A stretch of 64,000 nt of DNA from Octopus sinensis (GCF_006345805.1 NC_043000.1:36642001-36706000); one strand, 5' to 3'. Shown: positions 11,876 through 23,966, counted from the stretch's first letter. The notes: a model not told the origin generated them from the sequence alone. Made by a program: numbers and translations.

Positions 11876-14160
11876 TTTTTTTTATTGCGCACAAGGGGCC
11901 AACACAAACACATCTGGGGGCATAGGATCTTTACTTTTGACCTACAGATTTAAAAAATAATTTTTTGTAACTAAATACTTTCAAACTTTGGACACTGGTA
12001 GAATGTGTCATATAAAACATCTTTTACTCTTAGCATTTTTGAGAAAAACTTATATTTACGAAGTTATTTCACCTTAAAGTTCTCGTATTTCAGTAATTTC
12101 AACCAATCAATGACGTGTATTCAGCGGAATAAAATTACTGCCGTTGTTTGTCAACAACAACTTCCGGCTGTGTATATTTCGTTTGTCACAGTTATTTATG
12201 ACAACCCTAACCTTAAAACCAGTACACATGCACGAACGATGTCATAAATAACAGTGACAAACGAAAAATACACCACCGATAGTTGTTGTTGACAAACAAC
12301 GGCAGTAATTTCATTCCGCTGAATACACGTCATTGATTGGTTGAAATTACCGAAATAGGACAACTTTAACGTGAAATAACTTCGTAAATATAAGTTTTTC
12401 TCAAAAATGCTAAGAGCAAAAGATGTTTTATATGACACATTCTACCAGTGTCCAAAGTTTGAAAGTGTTTAGTTACAAAAAATTATTTTTTAAATCTGTA
12501 GGTCAAAAGGTATAAATCCGGGACATATAACACAAAAATAGAATTAAAAATGAATCAAAATCAACTCCATTATGAAAATGAAAATGAGCTGCTAGCTCAA
12601 TCTCAAGCAGCAACACTTCCTTCCTTCTGAATGCCGATCCTTCAAAACGTCCAATCTGAATTTTTCTCTCAGTTCCTCATATCCTGCTTTTACCGGAATC
12701 CTTTTCAAGTTCACATCAATCTTCCAATACTAATAACCTATTTTTATATATTTTGCAATCGCTTGCTTCTGGCTCTGAGACACCAGTACACACATGTGTC
12801 AACCCACAACATTCGTCTATCCCTCCACATCCACAAATTTTGCTGTCTTCCACCTTGTTACCTCATTTATTAGTTCCTCGTCTACAACCTCTCTTAACAC
12901 ACATACATAACTATTTTCACGGGGGATGGGAATTTCATGTATCTTGTGACGTCTGTTTCTCTCACAATGTAAAACATTGTGAAGGAAGGGAATGGATGGA
13001 TTTGGTGTCTGTGAGGAGAGGAAGGGTCTGAGGGGTTATGTGTGAGTGGGGATGGCTAGGATGTTCCGCATCACACTGTCTTTTCTTTTCCTTTTTCTTC
13101 CCTCTGCCACTGTCCATAATTCTTCCTTTTTCCTTTCTTTCATCTGTACCTCCTCTTGCTTCTTCTCGAGCTCTTTAACCACTTTTGTACGCTATGCTTC
13201 AGCAGAGGGGAAGTGTGCTCTAATGTGGCCGTTTTGGCCACGTTTAAAACAGCTCGGGATTCTGCCCTCTACCCACACTATCAAGATTATGTATCCTACA
13301 GTCACCGTTTTCAAGGATTCTACTTCTGTCTGAACAATAAGTTCTAATGATTTTTCCTTTCCACATCACCTCCTCCGTTTCCGTGGCTTGGAGGACTGCC
13401 ACTTCCTCCTCACTTCCGAGGAGGACAGCCGCCGCAACCCAAGCCCCTTCTATGTCTGGCGGGATTCCCTCTACCCTGATCTTGGGTGTCCTCCTTCCAA
13501 GATACATGGTTAGAAGGACCACTTTATTCGATTTCACCGTATTTACAGCCACCCTCCTCGCTATTTCCTCCGTCTTGAACTGGACCACCACCGTCCCATA
13601 TTTTCTTCCTCTTGCCAAAAATACCATATCCTTAGATACCGCGCACAACGCCTTCTCAATTGTTTCAGCTTCTACTTGGTCTACCTTTTTCTGTTCTACT
13701 GAATAAACTTTATACACTATTGTTCTCTTCTTCATGTCCTCCATAACGTTCTGTGGAAGCGACATCTTTACGTCACCACTTACTTTATGAGCCATTTTTT
13801 TGTTCCAATTTAGACTAGTCTATATCATTCCTTTCTAGCTCCGTTACCTTAGCGAAACTCTTTCTTTCCTCAAGAGTTCTGTCCATTTTGTTTACTGCCT
13901 TTACTAATTCATCCTCTGAAGTAGACAATTCCGACACACAAAGGTCCGAATAGAACATTTTTTCATAAGCCATCGCTCTCTCTCTTGAAACAGAGAGAAA
14001 GCACAACCGGTAAACCGCTGCCAAGGAGTCCCCAAATCAACCCTTCAATACAACTCAATACACGTTCAAAAATACACTTACAATAAGAAGAGGTCGTAAC
14101 CGACAGAGTGATCATACAGAGAGGTGTCCAAATGAATTTATGCGAGCTTAAATTCCACCT
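11876..14160 (-). mobile_element. Non-autonomous ORF1-only (Tx1/L1-like) retroelement with a nested foldback element
   Basis: ORF pieces 14024-13815 and 13795-13244 are joined by a stop and a +1 slip in an A-run. They encode an L1/Tx1 ORF1-like region (GRRTPKIRVEGIPP) and a decayed CCHC knuckle CFKRGQNGHIRAHFP (13251-13210). No EN/RT follows. The 3' tail ccccttgtgcgcAATAAAaaaaa is at 11900-11876. Confidence 0.7.
11934..12510. mobile_element. Foldback MITE: ~270-bp inverted arms, 36-bp spacer, TA-flanked
   Basis: 11934-12203 is the reverse complement of 12240-12509 with few mismatches. TA at 11932-33 and 12511-12. The spacer begins with ACCCTAACC. Confidence 0.9.
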
Positions 14161-14328
14161 CCTTCATCCAGGGTCAGCATCTCCGTCTCGAATGTTAGCT
14201 GAAAGAGTAATCTTTGCTGAGTTGTTATGGAGGTAGTAAGTTAGGTGGATACAGTTAGGCTTCTGACAGATATATGGAGCACAAATTTCAGATAATAAAA
14301 TAAAGATTATGTAAAATTTGACCTCGAC

Positions 14329-14723
14329 AGGCGCAGGAGTGGGTGGGTGGTAAGTATCTTGCTTCCCAACCACGTCGTTCCGTGTTCAGTCCAACTGCGT
14401 GGCACCTTGGGCAATTGTCTTCTACTATAGCCTCGGGCTGAACAAAGCCTAGTGAGTAGATTTGGTAAACGGAAACTGAAAAAAAAACCGTAGTGTGTAT
14501 ATATATGTGTGTGTGTGTGTGTGTTTGTGTGTCTGTGTTTGTGCCCCACAAACCGATATTGGTGTGTTTACGTCCCCGTAACTTAGCTGTTCAGCAAAAG
14601 AGAGTGATAGAATGAATAATAGGTTTACAAAGAATAAGTCCTGGGATCGATTTCTTCGACTAAAGGCGGTGCTTCAGCATGGCCGCAGTAAAGTGAATGA
14701 AACCAGTAAAAGAATAAAAGAAT
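14329..14723 (+). mobile_element. SINE family A, full length
   Basis: tRNA-like head, cttgggcaa core, central (TG)n and an AAAAG-type tail. At least 8 related copies occur in the window. Confidence 0.9.
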
Positions 14724-15190
14724 AGTGTTTTAAGGTTGCCATATTGATGAGTAAAAGGTGTTTGGCATCATAGGTGTGCGATAAGTGACAAGTCCAGCTG
14801 AAATTGTTCAAGTATATTAGACATCTATTTTGAAGTGTAGAATGGCAAACACGATTTCTCCTCGTGTTCACCTGAGCATCTCCTCAACTATCATCACGAA
14901 ATAATTGACTTTTCTAGCCACTTTCCGCATCGCTTCAAGACTCATAACGTAGGTTATGGCCATCTTGACCCAGCTGTCGAGATGACTTTATATTATCTTC
15001 ATTTTAGAATCTGTATTGTGCGATCCATATCAATGTCTCAAGACTAACTCTATCCACCTGCTACCCGTGTGTGTTAGTATTTATACATCCACGTGGATAA
15101 TATATTAAACCAGAAAACGCACGATGTGCGAATATTTATCGCTCTACCAAATAACTCTCTCTCCCTCTCTCATATATATACATAATATAT

Positions 15191-15398
15191 ATTCTTTTAC
15201 TTGTTTCAGTCATTTGAATGCGACCATGCTAGGGCACCACCTGTTAGGCGAAATCGACCCCGGGACTTATTCTTTGTAAGCGTGGTACTTATTCTATCGG
15301 AATCTTTTGCCGAACCGCTAGATTACGGGGATGGAAATGCACCAACATCAGTTATCAAGCGATGGAGGACACACGCACGCGCGAGCACACACATACAT

Positions 15399-15472
<74 letters not shown>

Positions 15473-15637
15473 GACGGGCTTCTTTCAGTTTCCGTCTATC
15501 AAATCCACTCACAAGATTTTGGTCGGCCCGAGATTATAGTAGAAGACACTTGCCGAAGGTGTCACGCAGTAGGACTGAACCCCGGATCATATGGTTGGTA
15601 AGCCGACCACTTACCACACAGCCACGGCTGCGCCTAT
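15191..15637 (-). mobile_element. SINE family A, full length
   Basis: Reverse complement of 14329-14723 with an expanded (CA)n/(TA)n centre. Confidence 0.9.
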
Positions 15638-16926
15638 GTATATATCATGTTTGCATTTTACCACTCCGGGGTCGATAAAACAAAGTACAGGTCACATAAT
15701 CGATTAACCCCCTCCAGCAAAATTTCAGGCTAGCAATTTAGGGGCGGGGTTTTGTGTTTACCCGCCTCCCACTCGTTTTCAAAAGGTACTAATTTTATTA
15801 TCCTCAGAAAAGGAAAGGCAAAGTTGACCTTGGTAGCATTTAAATTCTGAAGCTTGAAAGTTAGCAGAAATGCTGCTAAGCATTTTGTTCGACGCACTTG
15901 CGATTTAGCCTTCTCGTGAAGTATTTAGTGATAATATTTTACAAAGAAGTTTCGAAAAAAAAACTAATCTTTGAGATTTAATGATTTATTAAGGTATTCA
16001 AAAATGGATCAATCCCCTGCTCCACATACGAGTGTCAAAGAAAGACTGAAATTCGGAAGGTCAGTTGCAGTGTGCAAATATCTCTTATTTCAATGAAATT
16101 TTAACCTCTCCGTAATGTATAACTCCCCAGCAGCGGACACATTTTTTACCTCCTGATAAACCTAACATCATCGTGTAATATCTGTTCAAGAAAACCTATA
16201 TTTCCATATATCAAAATGATTTCTTTCTAACTGCTTAATTAGATACTTTTGAACGATTGAGGTTCTCGCGTCTCATCCAAAGAGAAAACTAACGGTCAGG
16301 TTACAGTTTCCTGTCTGTCGGATAGCATTGAACAAAGTAATCAGCCAGATAAAAAAAAAGTATTTTAGAAATACAGGGAGATATAATATTAATTTGTTTA
16401 TTGAAAGAGATGTTTTTCTGCTCATTCTTATCTCTGAATCTTTGTTCACTTTCAAACACCCACGGTGCACTCATATTTCCTTTCTCTCTCTCTCAAGTCA
16501 CTTGAAACAGAAATATATTAAGTCCTTCTCCCCCCTCTGACACCGCTTTCCTCGTTTACAAATTTCATTCAAATACCAACCTGAAATGATTCAAAGTCAA
16601 TTCGAACTGTTGACAACCGTAAACTACTTGAGATAAAACATGGCTATGAATTTAACTTCCTACTCACACACGCTTCCTATTAGTACACAATTAATATACA
16701 ATATTTCAATGATTTCGCCAATGATGTTCCCATAAAATAAGGAATCACAGTTTGATATATCGTGGAAGATCTAGAAAGTTCTCATCAACCGTACCACCAA
16801 CACGATCTTACAAAAAAAAGAAACAGTAAAACCGAAAAATCTCATAAATTAGAATAATCCCTGCTAGCCTAGATTTCGTGTCTTCCAGTCGCGGTAGGAG
16901 CTACATTGTCGACTTTAACAAAAGAT

Positions 16927-17046
16927 TCTTAGAATTCGATGGAAACATTCAATCTTCCTCTAGACATATTTCAAACGTGTGCTTTTGGAAATGAAAAATA
17001 TATATTCCATGAACAGAACTGCACTGCTGCCACTGTGGTCTTTTAG
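16927..17046 (+). pseudogene. Tentative alpha-tubulin-like remnant
   Basis: LR.FDG, then in one frame LDIFQT...EKYIFHEQ...F*, versus alpha-tubulin LRFDGALNVDLTEFQT...EKAYHEQ...FE. Confidence 0.35.
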
Positions 17047-17523
17047 AAAGTTAGCGAATTCTCCCCGACTTTCTCTATCTCCTAGTAAATTTATAATGAT
17101 TTAATACGCCATGTCATGGCTGGACAATAAACTGTACAGTCAACTCAATTATTATCATACAGGTAGGGTGGAACGGTGTGGGTGAGGTTCACATAAATCT
17201 CCATAATGTCGACCAACTATATTGTTATTGACACTAGCACTTCCGATATGCTTACATTGTATAATCAGTGAATAGCACAAACCGCAAGCAAGAACCACCA
17301 ACCCCGACACCGATCCGTCTCACATACTTGTCGTTCATTACTGGCTGCACGAAATATATTCACTATGTTTATTAAATGATTTAGCTGTTCTTGACTTATT
17401 TCCAATATATTTCCGAAAATCGACTTTCTACTCTTTGCTAAGTAAAAACCAATATTCCGTTCGGTTTATTTGTCATATCATGTGACATACTAATAATTTC
17501 ACTATATATATATGTATGTATGT

Positions 17524-17595
<72 letters not shown>

Positions 17596-19625
17596 ATCCA
17601 CCTACATATACACATATATAAAGTTTACTACCGTGTGCAAATATTCAAGAAACAATTCAATGTTTTGAAATAACTTTTCAAATATACTACCGGCGGCGGC
17701 GGCGATGTTAGTGTATTTGTGATTCATCTCTTTTGTTTAGTTGTGATTACAGTTTCTTTTTGGTTATAATAATAGTTCGGTGCTGTTTATTCCTTTATGA
17801 CTCTCTTCAAATGTGTAAACAAAAGCTGATTAAGAGCGGGGAAAACCTAAATGGTAAAAATAAATATTAAGCTATGAAAGGGAATTAAAGGCTTGCTAGA
17901 CTCATTATACATTTACCACATACAATGGAATACGATAAAGAAACGTGAAATATGTTTAAAATGCGAATATATCCATTGACTGCCATTGTGTAAAGGTGTC
18001 AAAAGGGGAATGAAATCTAATGCATAAACTAGTTAAAGGTTTCAAGAATAACGTTTTAGAAAGGTAATTGAGTAACGACTGAAGCGGCCTCACGATTGCT
18101 GCAGTGGATTAATTTGGTAATCATTTTTGTGAATCCTATGTTTGTGTTCAGGGTTGACTGGAGAGGAACAATAAGGAAAAAAAAGATTTTTTAATCTTTA
18201 AAAAGAGCAAAGAATGGAGATAATTAGAAGTAAATCGGTGTTTGGAAATTTAGACTCACTTCAAATGATCTTTAGGGCCTTGTTAATAGAATGCTGTAAT
18301 TGTTGTATCGTCCTATGTTCGTTCTAACTCAGCAGACCTGTATTCAGGGGAGATTCATCCGTGTCCATTCCGACACAATGTCGGAATGGAGACGTTTATA
18401 TGATTTAGTGTGTGTTTGCACTTAAAAAATGGAACAACGTGATTGGTGAAGTTTTTTGGAAAGGAAACACTACAGTGATAAACAGTTGCCCCCTCATTCC
18501 CACAAACACCGGGGCAAAGAACGGTTAGCCAATAAATAGCAGTGAGGACTATTTAGGGTCATTTGATCTTAGCAAGCGGGAGTTATGTTCTACATACTTT
18601 TTGGAAACAGAATGAAAGCAGCATTAAAACATTGAATATATTTTCTCTATGTGAAGCAATCAAGTGATTTTCATTTACAATTCTATCTTTACATGCACCT
18701 TTCTCTTCACAGGCGAACTCAGTCGCCACACCTGCAGGAAATAGCTGTCAAATCATCCCGTATTAACACCGCTACTATAGTGACAATACTCTCCGAGTCG
18801 AATGGACGGTATTGTCAGAGCAGCAGCCATAGAATATTTTGATTAATATTGAACGCAGTGGAGTTGTATATGACTTTGTCATTTGTAGATGTGAAGATAC
18901 AACGGTTGAAATGTTGTCTGTATATTCTTGGAAGCGATCTGATGAGTGAATATGTTGTTTAAAAAAGAATGGTAGCTCCACCATCACAAATATGTTAGCA
19001 GCACTCTTGTCTAAGAAGCATCTGCACTTTGTGTGTTGGGTAAACAGCTGTTCGGGAGTGAATTACATTATCGGCTGCAAAGAGGAAATCCTGTCGTTTC
19101 GTAATAGTTTTGGATACTTGAAGAACATAAGCAGTAAATATGTAATTTCGTTACTGTTTTAGCGCGGAACTGATAGCATTCAGATGTGAGGCATCAGGCG
19201 AACGGGGCGGATGTTTGTTCTAAAATTATACAAGTCGTAATCTAAAGAGAAATGAATAAAATATTTGAGAGGAAGAGTATAGAGAGAGAGAGAGAGGCGA
19301 AATAATAGTTGAGTTAACAATGATGTTTAAATTTAAGCTCCTGTAATATTGCTTACCTGTATCTTTTCACTCCACATAAGAGTGCACACTCAGTGACACA
19401 GACAGTTACGCGCGCGAACATGCAATTTTATTGCTTTCGTTCAGCGACCTAGCTGGGGCACACGTTCAAGCGTTTGAGTTGATGGTATCGATCCATTTAT
19501 GTTGGCTACCAAATTCATTGATTCTTATGAGTATTTAACGTGCCGCTAAGTTATCAATCATAAAGAAACATAAGTTTTTAGACTGGTATGAATAGGGGTA
19601 GATGCAAACCTACAGCCATATATAT

Positions 19626-19836
19626 AAAATGTGACCGCGTGTGTACCGTTGGCGATTTTTTTTCATCCGTCTTCCCTTCATTGGATCTTTCCTTTTCCTA
19701 TGTTTCTGATGAAGAGCTCCGCTCGAAACGTTGAATCCTCCTTCTTTCCTTCCTTTCCTGAACGTCCAAAAACACTATTCTTGTTCCACGTCCTTGCGTT
19801 GTTGTTTTCTCTTTGTGTTTTCATGTTTGGATTAAC
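19626..19836 (+). mobile_element. ~210-bp hammerhead-bearing element (Penelope pLTR-like) flanked by TA-rich repeats, copy 1
   Basis: Colinear with 54407-54602. Both run aaaatgtgacc ... tttggattaac and are flanked by TA-rich repeats. No TIR, poly(A) or Pol III boxes are visible. Confidence 0.8.
19702..19736 (+). ncRNA. Minimal type I hammerhead ribozyme, intact core
   Basis: gttt-CTGATGA-A-GAGC(TCC)GCTC-GAA-AC GT-T-gaat: conserved core, 4-bp stem II, palindromic ACGT stem III, and a 4-bp stem I with two G-U pairs. Predicted cleavage after 19732. Confidence 0.75.
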
Positions 19837-20049
19837 TATATATATACATACATATATACATACATACAGACCCAGAGACCCACGTACAAACCCATTTATA
19901 CTCACACACATGTACACACACATAATGGGTTACCACAAAGTTTCCATCTCTCGAGTTGGTTGGTGAAACCGGGTCGAGAGACTGTCACAAAGTTCTACTC
20001 TTTGAGATCTAATCCGGAATCACTTGACTGAGAAATTAATTTAACACAA

Positions 20050-20850
20050 CAGTCTATATAAACTTATATAATGTCCCCCGCCGCCACCATTTAAATATTT
20101 AATTTTCTGATGTTTGGAAATTACAAAACTGCCAATATCTCCCTAAAATATGGATTCTGTCGGCTTTCAAATAGTTCATCCACTTTTGGCAAGTTTAGTT
20201 TTAAATCCTGCTGGGTACGTACGTATCTTCTACAGTCATCTATCTCAGCATATGTCGGTAATACTGGGCTATATGTTTACCAGTGGCAGGAATCACATGG
20301 ACACCAACAGTGAATCTAGATCAGGTGAATCCAAACACAGGTGTATGTTCTTTAAATTTCGCAACAAGTTCGAAGTTTCCCTGTGCAACGCTCTAGAAAC
20401 CACCGCTTATAAATGGGTATCGGTCGTATATTTATTGATAAACTGGGAAAAAATTCAGTCTGTGTCAAGAGGTACCGAGTTAACTTCTTTTTCTAGTACA
20501 ATGTGATCCCTGTCCAATCGTCCAGTAAGATGATGGTCTGTAACTAGTTTGTTTGCGAGAATCAGTTCTCTCAGTTGCAGGAGATTCGTATCACTGGTCG
20601 CAATTGATGGTCTCTCGCTGCATCATTTGTTTTCAACACTGGTTTCTACTTCCTTATACATCTTCTTCCATTCTCTACATATTGCTTATATCAATGGTGT
20701 CACCTCTATGAACAATCTGTAGACTTCTGTGGATGTCGGATAGCCTGCACTTCTTCATCAGGTTCTTGTTGGCGACACAGGCTGCTTTTGCTTGGAAGCT
20801 AATAATTGCTTTCAAAGAGATAAAAAAACAGGAAAAATAGTAAATTCCCT
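20050..20850 (-). mobile_element. Degenerate mariner transposase remnant
   Basis: Minus strand gives SDIHRSLQ.V..GDTID, a GRPS-like HTH linker and a terminal CLNGGGDI-like motif, all frameshifted. Confidence 0.55.
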
Positions 20851-21639
20851 TTGTTTGATGCAGCCTAACGGACGAGAGACCGGGTATTGAAGCCGCAGAA
20901 TACTGACGAGCATAAGTCTCCTAGACACAATAACAGTTACTAGTAAGGAAATGTTGAAAACAAGCCCAAAATATCCCAGTCTGTTCGCATAAACTTACCG
21001 TAAAATTGCTTCCGGTAAGTCGACAGGTGTGTGGTACCATCATCTCATATATCCGTCTTCAGGGCGCAGAATCAACATCTCATATGTCTTACGTAATCTG
21101 ATGGCGGTGTTTTTACTACTAGAAATGAAAATTCTAAAAAGATAAAAGGAATGTTGAACTTTGATCCGCTTACCAGGTATTCGCTATGAGAGGAGACTAG
21201 AAAACCACAGTGAGGGTGGGCCAGCCTGTGGCCGATCGTGATGATAAAAAACGTAAATAAAATAGCATAGATAAAAAATAGAGATTTTTAATAGAAATGC
21301 TTTTGAACAAAGTACAATTAGAAGCAGAGAAAGAAATTGAAATAAAGTCCTTTTTTAATGTAGTTTACGAGTTTCCGGTTTCATACTGTATTCCAGTATG
21401 CTGTGATACTGCTTCAGCGGTGTATTTACATGCAGTCATACGTTTCGCCCCACAAACCCACTTTAAGATATATTTCAATACATGTACGATGAAACCTGCT
21501 AAATTTGATTCCTCACCCCGTCGCAACACAAACTCGTAAAACAGGGGTGCGTCTTATGCGGGAGTGCGTATTACACACCTGTTGATACTGTAACTTCTCT
21601 ATAAAAGAAGAAACTAATAAACAAGGAGGCCAATTTCTG

Positions 21640-22780
21640 TTATTTTAACATTGCAATAGCAGTACTGATCTATTATAGAATAAACAAAATTGCATTTCAT
21701 AATCTAGAATTTAAAATCTCCCACATTTTACACCTTTCCACTCTTTCTTAATTTTGTTTCACCTAAGGCTCAGCTAACATCATGTAATTATGTTTAATTA
21801 TTAATCTTACAATTTCCTTTTAAAAGCATCAATTTTTTAAGTTTGCCCAAGGTTTTCTCTTAATATATTCATTTTTTCAGCCATTTCTGATCCAATACAC
21901 AAACAACTATTCCAGACAAACAAAGCTGTTATTTCCCTACCTCGTATCAACCGCTTCCATTTTAACATACTTCAATAATTTGTATTTTAATGCCTACTTC
22001 TATGTATTTACATTCGCACACTTTCTCCTAATATGACATTTTCTATTTGATTAGATAATACCAATGTTTGAACTCATACTACATTATCTCCACCGACGAC
22101 GTACAATTTCCATATAGACATATTTATTTGACACGACTCTGCCAAAGATAACGGTATTTAAAGCTACGTATGCCGTATAATTATATCTTTGTCTAGCTAA
22201 GTATGTAGAAATTATCTTCGCAGGTAAATCTTGAAGCAGTTGCATCAAATGCTTTTATTTCCATGTCTTTAATACATAAACATACGTTCACACTCACATA
22301 ATTATATTCTTCTGTAACCATTTGTTTAAAAGAAAGATGACTATATTATATATTTATTTCTCTATACATATTTGAATGTTATTCGTCAGATATTGAAGTA
22401 ATCCAAAGATACAGTTCTATAGAATTCATCAATCCAACCTGACGTTAATGTCTATGTATATACACAATATTCCGTAATTAGAATAAATTAGTTTTCCAGC
22501 ACTTATGGTAGAATATAATACTACAATTATCTGCTAGTTCGACTTGGCGAGACTCTTCACAATACAATGTTTAAATACAGAGGGTTTATTTTAAAATCTC
22601 TTGCCTGCATAATTTATGATTTTCCTTACATCAATTCTGCTTTCCATTTAGAGAAATAGTCAATACAACTTAACTAGTTGTTTTGCCATGAAACTCTTCT
22701 CCAAAGTTTTGTAACAGACTTCTATACAAGTTTCTGCCTCTTATTCAAGGAATTACATATATAAAGCCTTACTTCCCACC
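21640..22780 (-). mobile_element. Ancient non-LTR RT C-terminal/thumb remnant
   Basis: Patches resembling QxQLxKLYDYxSKWK, FDA and NxxVYxE occur in order. Very degenerate. Confidence 0.4.
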
Positions 22781-22919
22781 TATATTAGAAAAATATACAC
22801 TATGAAAAAGTGGCACTGAGCACATTTGGTAGGAGGCACATATTCAGTAACAGTTGGAATCGGCTTCTTGATGAATCAAACCGATACCTATCCATCTAGC
22901 TATCTATCTATCTGTCTAT

Positions 22920-23490
22920 AACGGCTGCTGTCACGTGTGGGACGAGTCCACCTGTCAGCTGGGTCAATCGTGAAAATTGATCTGCCACCTTCCCTCAACT
23001 GAGAAGGCAAGGCAGTCTTCATCGTACTGGTGGCCATGGTCGCTCATCGACATTTTCAAATACTACTTGAAAAAAAAAACGGTGAGAATGGAGAGTCAGA
23101 TTTTGTCTCGTACAAGTTTCAAAAAAAGGTGGGTGAATATAGCAAAGATGATACGTGCAAGTGACGAAACCACTTTGAGCATTATCCTGTAAATCGAAAA
23201 AACAGAGAGATAGAGCACTTTGCTCTCATGTCTTTACTCCCTCCTTGCTTGAGGTTATCGTGGTCTTTTCCGTAAGCTTTTCTTTCCACGGATAAACCTA
23301 ATCTTGCTTTTTACATTTTAAAAATTATTCTCTGATCCCTTTTGATCATTTTCTTTTCCCCCTATCCCTTTTGATCGGAATTTTACTTTTTTTCCTTTTT
23401 CCCTCCTTTTGCTTTTCATTTTCGAAAAGAAAAGTTCTACATTTGTGTTTGTCCTCTCTGTGTTCATCCCCGTGTGGCCAATAAAGAAAG
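22920..23490 (+). mobile_element. 3' end of Tx1/L1-clade LINE
   Basis: ORF2-like C-terminus (LLSRVGRV.LSA.SIVKI..PPS; FKYYLKKK.VRME..KRWVNIAKM..TTLSIIL*), a pyrimidine-rich 3' UTR, ccccgtgtggccAATAAAgaaa, then (TCTG)n. Confidence 0.7.
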
Positions 23491-23803
23491 TTATCTGTCT
23501 GTCTGTCTGAATATTATTTACATAGGAAGGCCGACGATGGCTTAACTGATGAACATTACGAAGTCACTGTCACAAACATTCTTTCTTATGAATAATAAAT
23601 TTGCACTCCACAAAATAATGTAAAATTATGTCTGAAGAATTTCTAAGAGGAGATATCCTACATGTTTTTTTCTACATGTACAATTTTGTATTTCCTATTA
23701 ACAAATGAAACACAAGTGATGTTGAATAAACAATACTGAAAATTTCATATGGGACAGGAATGTTGATGCAAACAGGAAAAATAAAATTCAAAATATGAGG
23801 ATA

Positions 23804-23966
23804 TGTATCTTTTTATTAATATTCAGCAGAAATAACAGAGTGACTCAACGCCCGAGAGTTTCTTGCATTGGAGTTTGAAGAGACTAGTTCGATAAGTGCT
23901 AACGCACGAAGACCTCGGACCTTGAGTCACTCTGTTATTTCGGCTAAATATCAATAAAAATGTACA
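23804..23966. mobile_element. MITE with ~45-55-bp TIRs
   Basis: tttttattaatattcagcagaaataacagagtgactcaa versus ttgagtcactctgttatttcggctaaatatcaataaaaa. Confidence 0.8.

Noticed and set aside
12005-12438. Two near-identical 80-aa ORFs on opposite strands (MSYKTSF...)
   Set aside because: They are a consequence of the palindrome, with no coding signature.
16020-16210. Possible mariner remnant on the minus strand
   Set aside because: One weak patch and no TIR.
18740-18900. RIN..SESNGRY..ILINIE resembling beta-tubulin RINVYYNEASGGKY..ILVDLE
   Set aside because: It needs several indels and has too few identities to support by eye.
20903-20930. CTGACGAG as a hammerhead core
   Set aside because: No GAAA or stem II follows.
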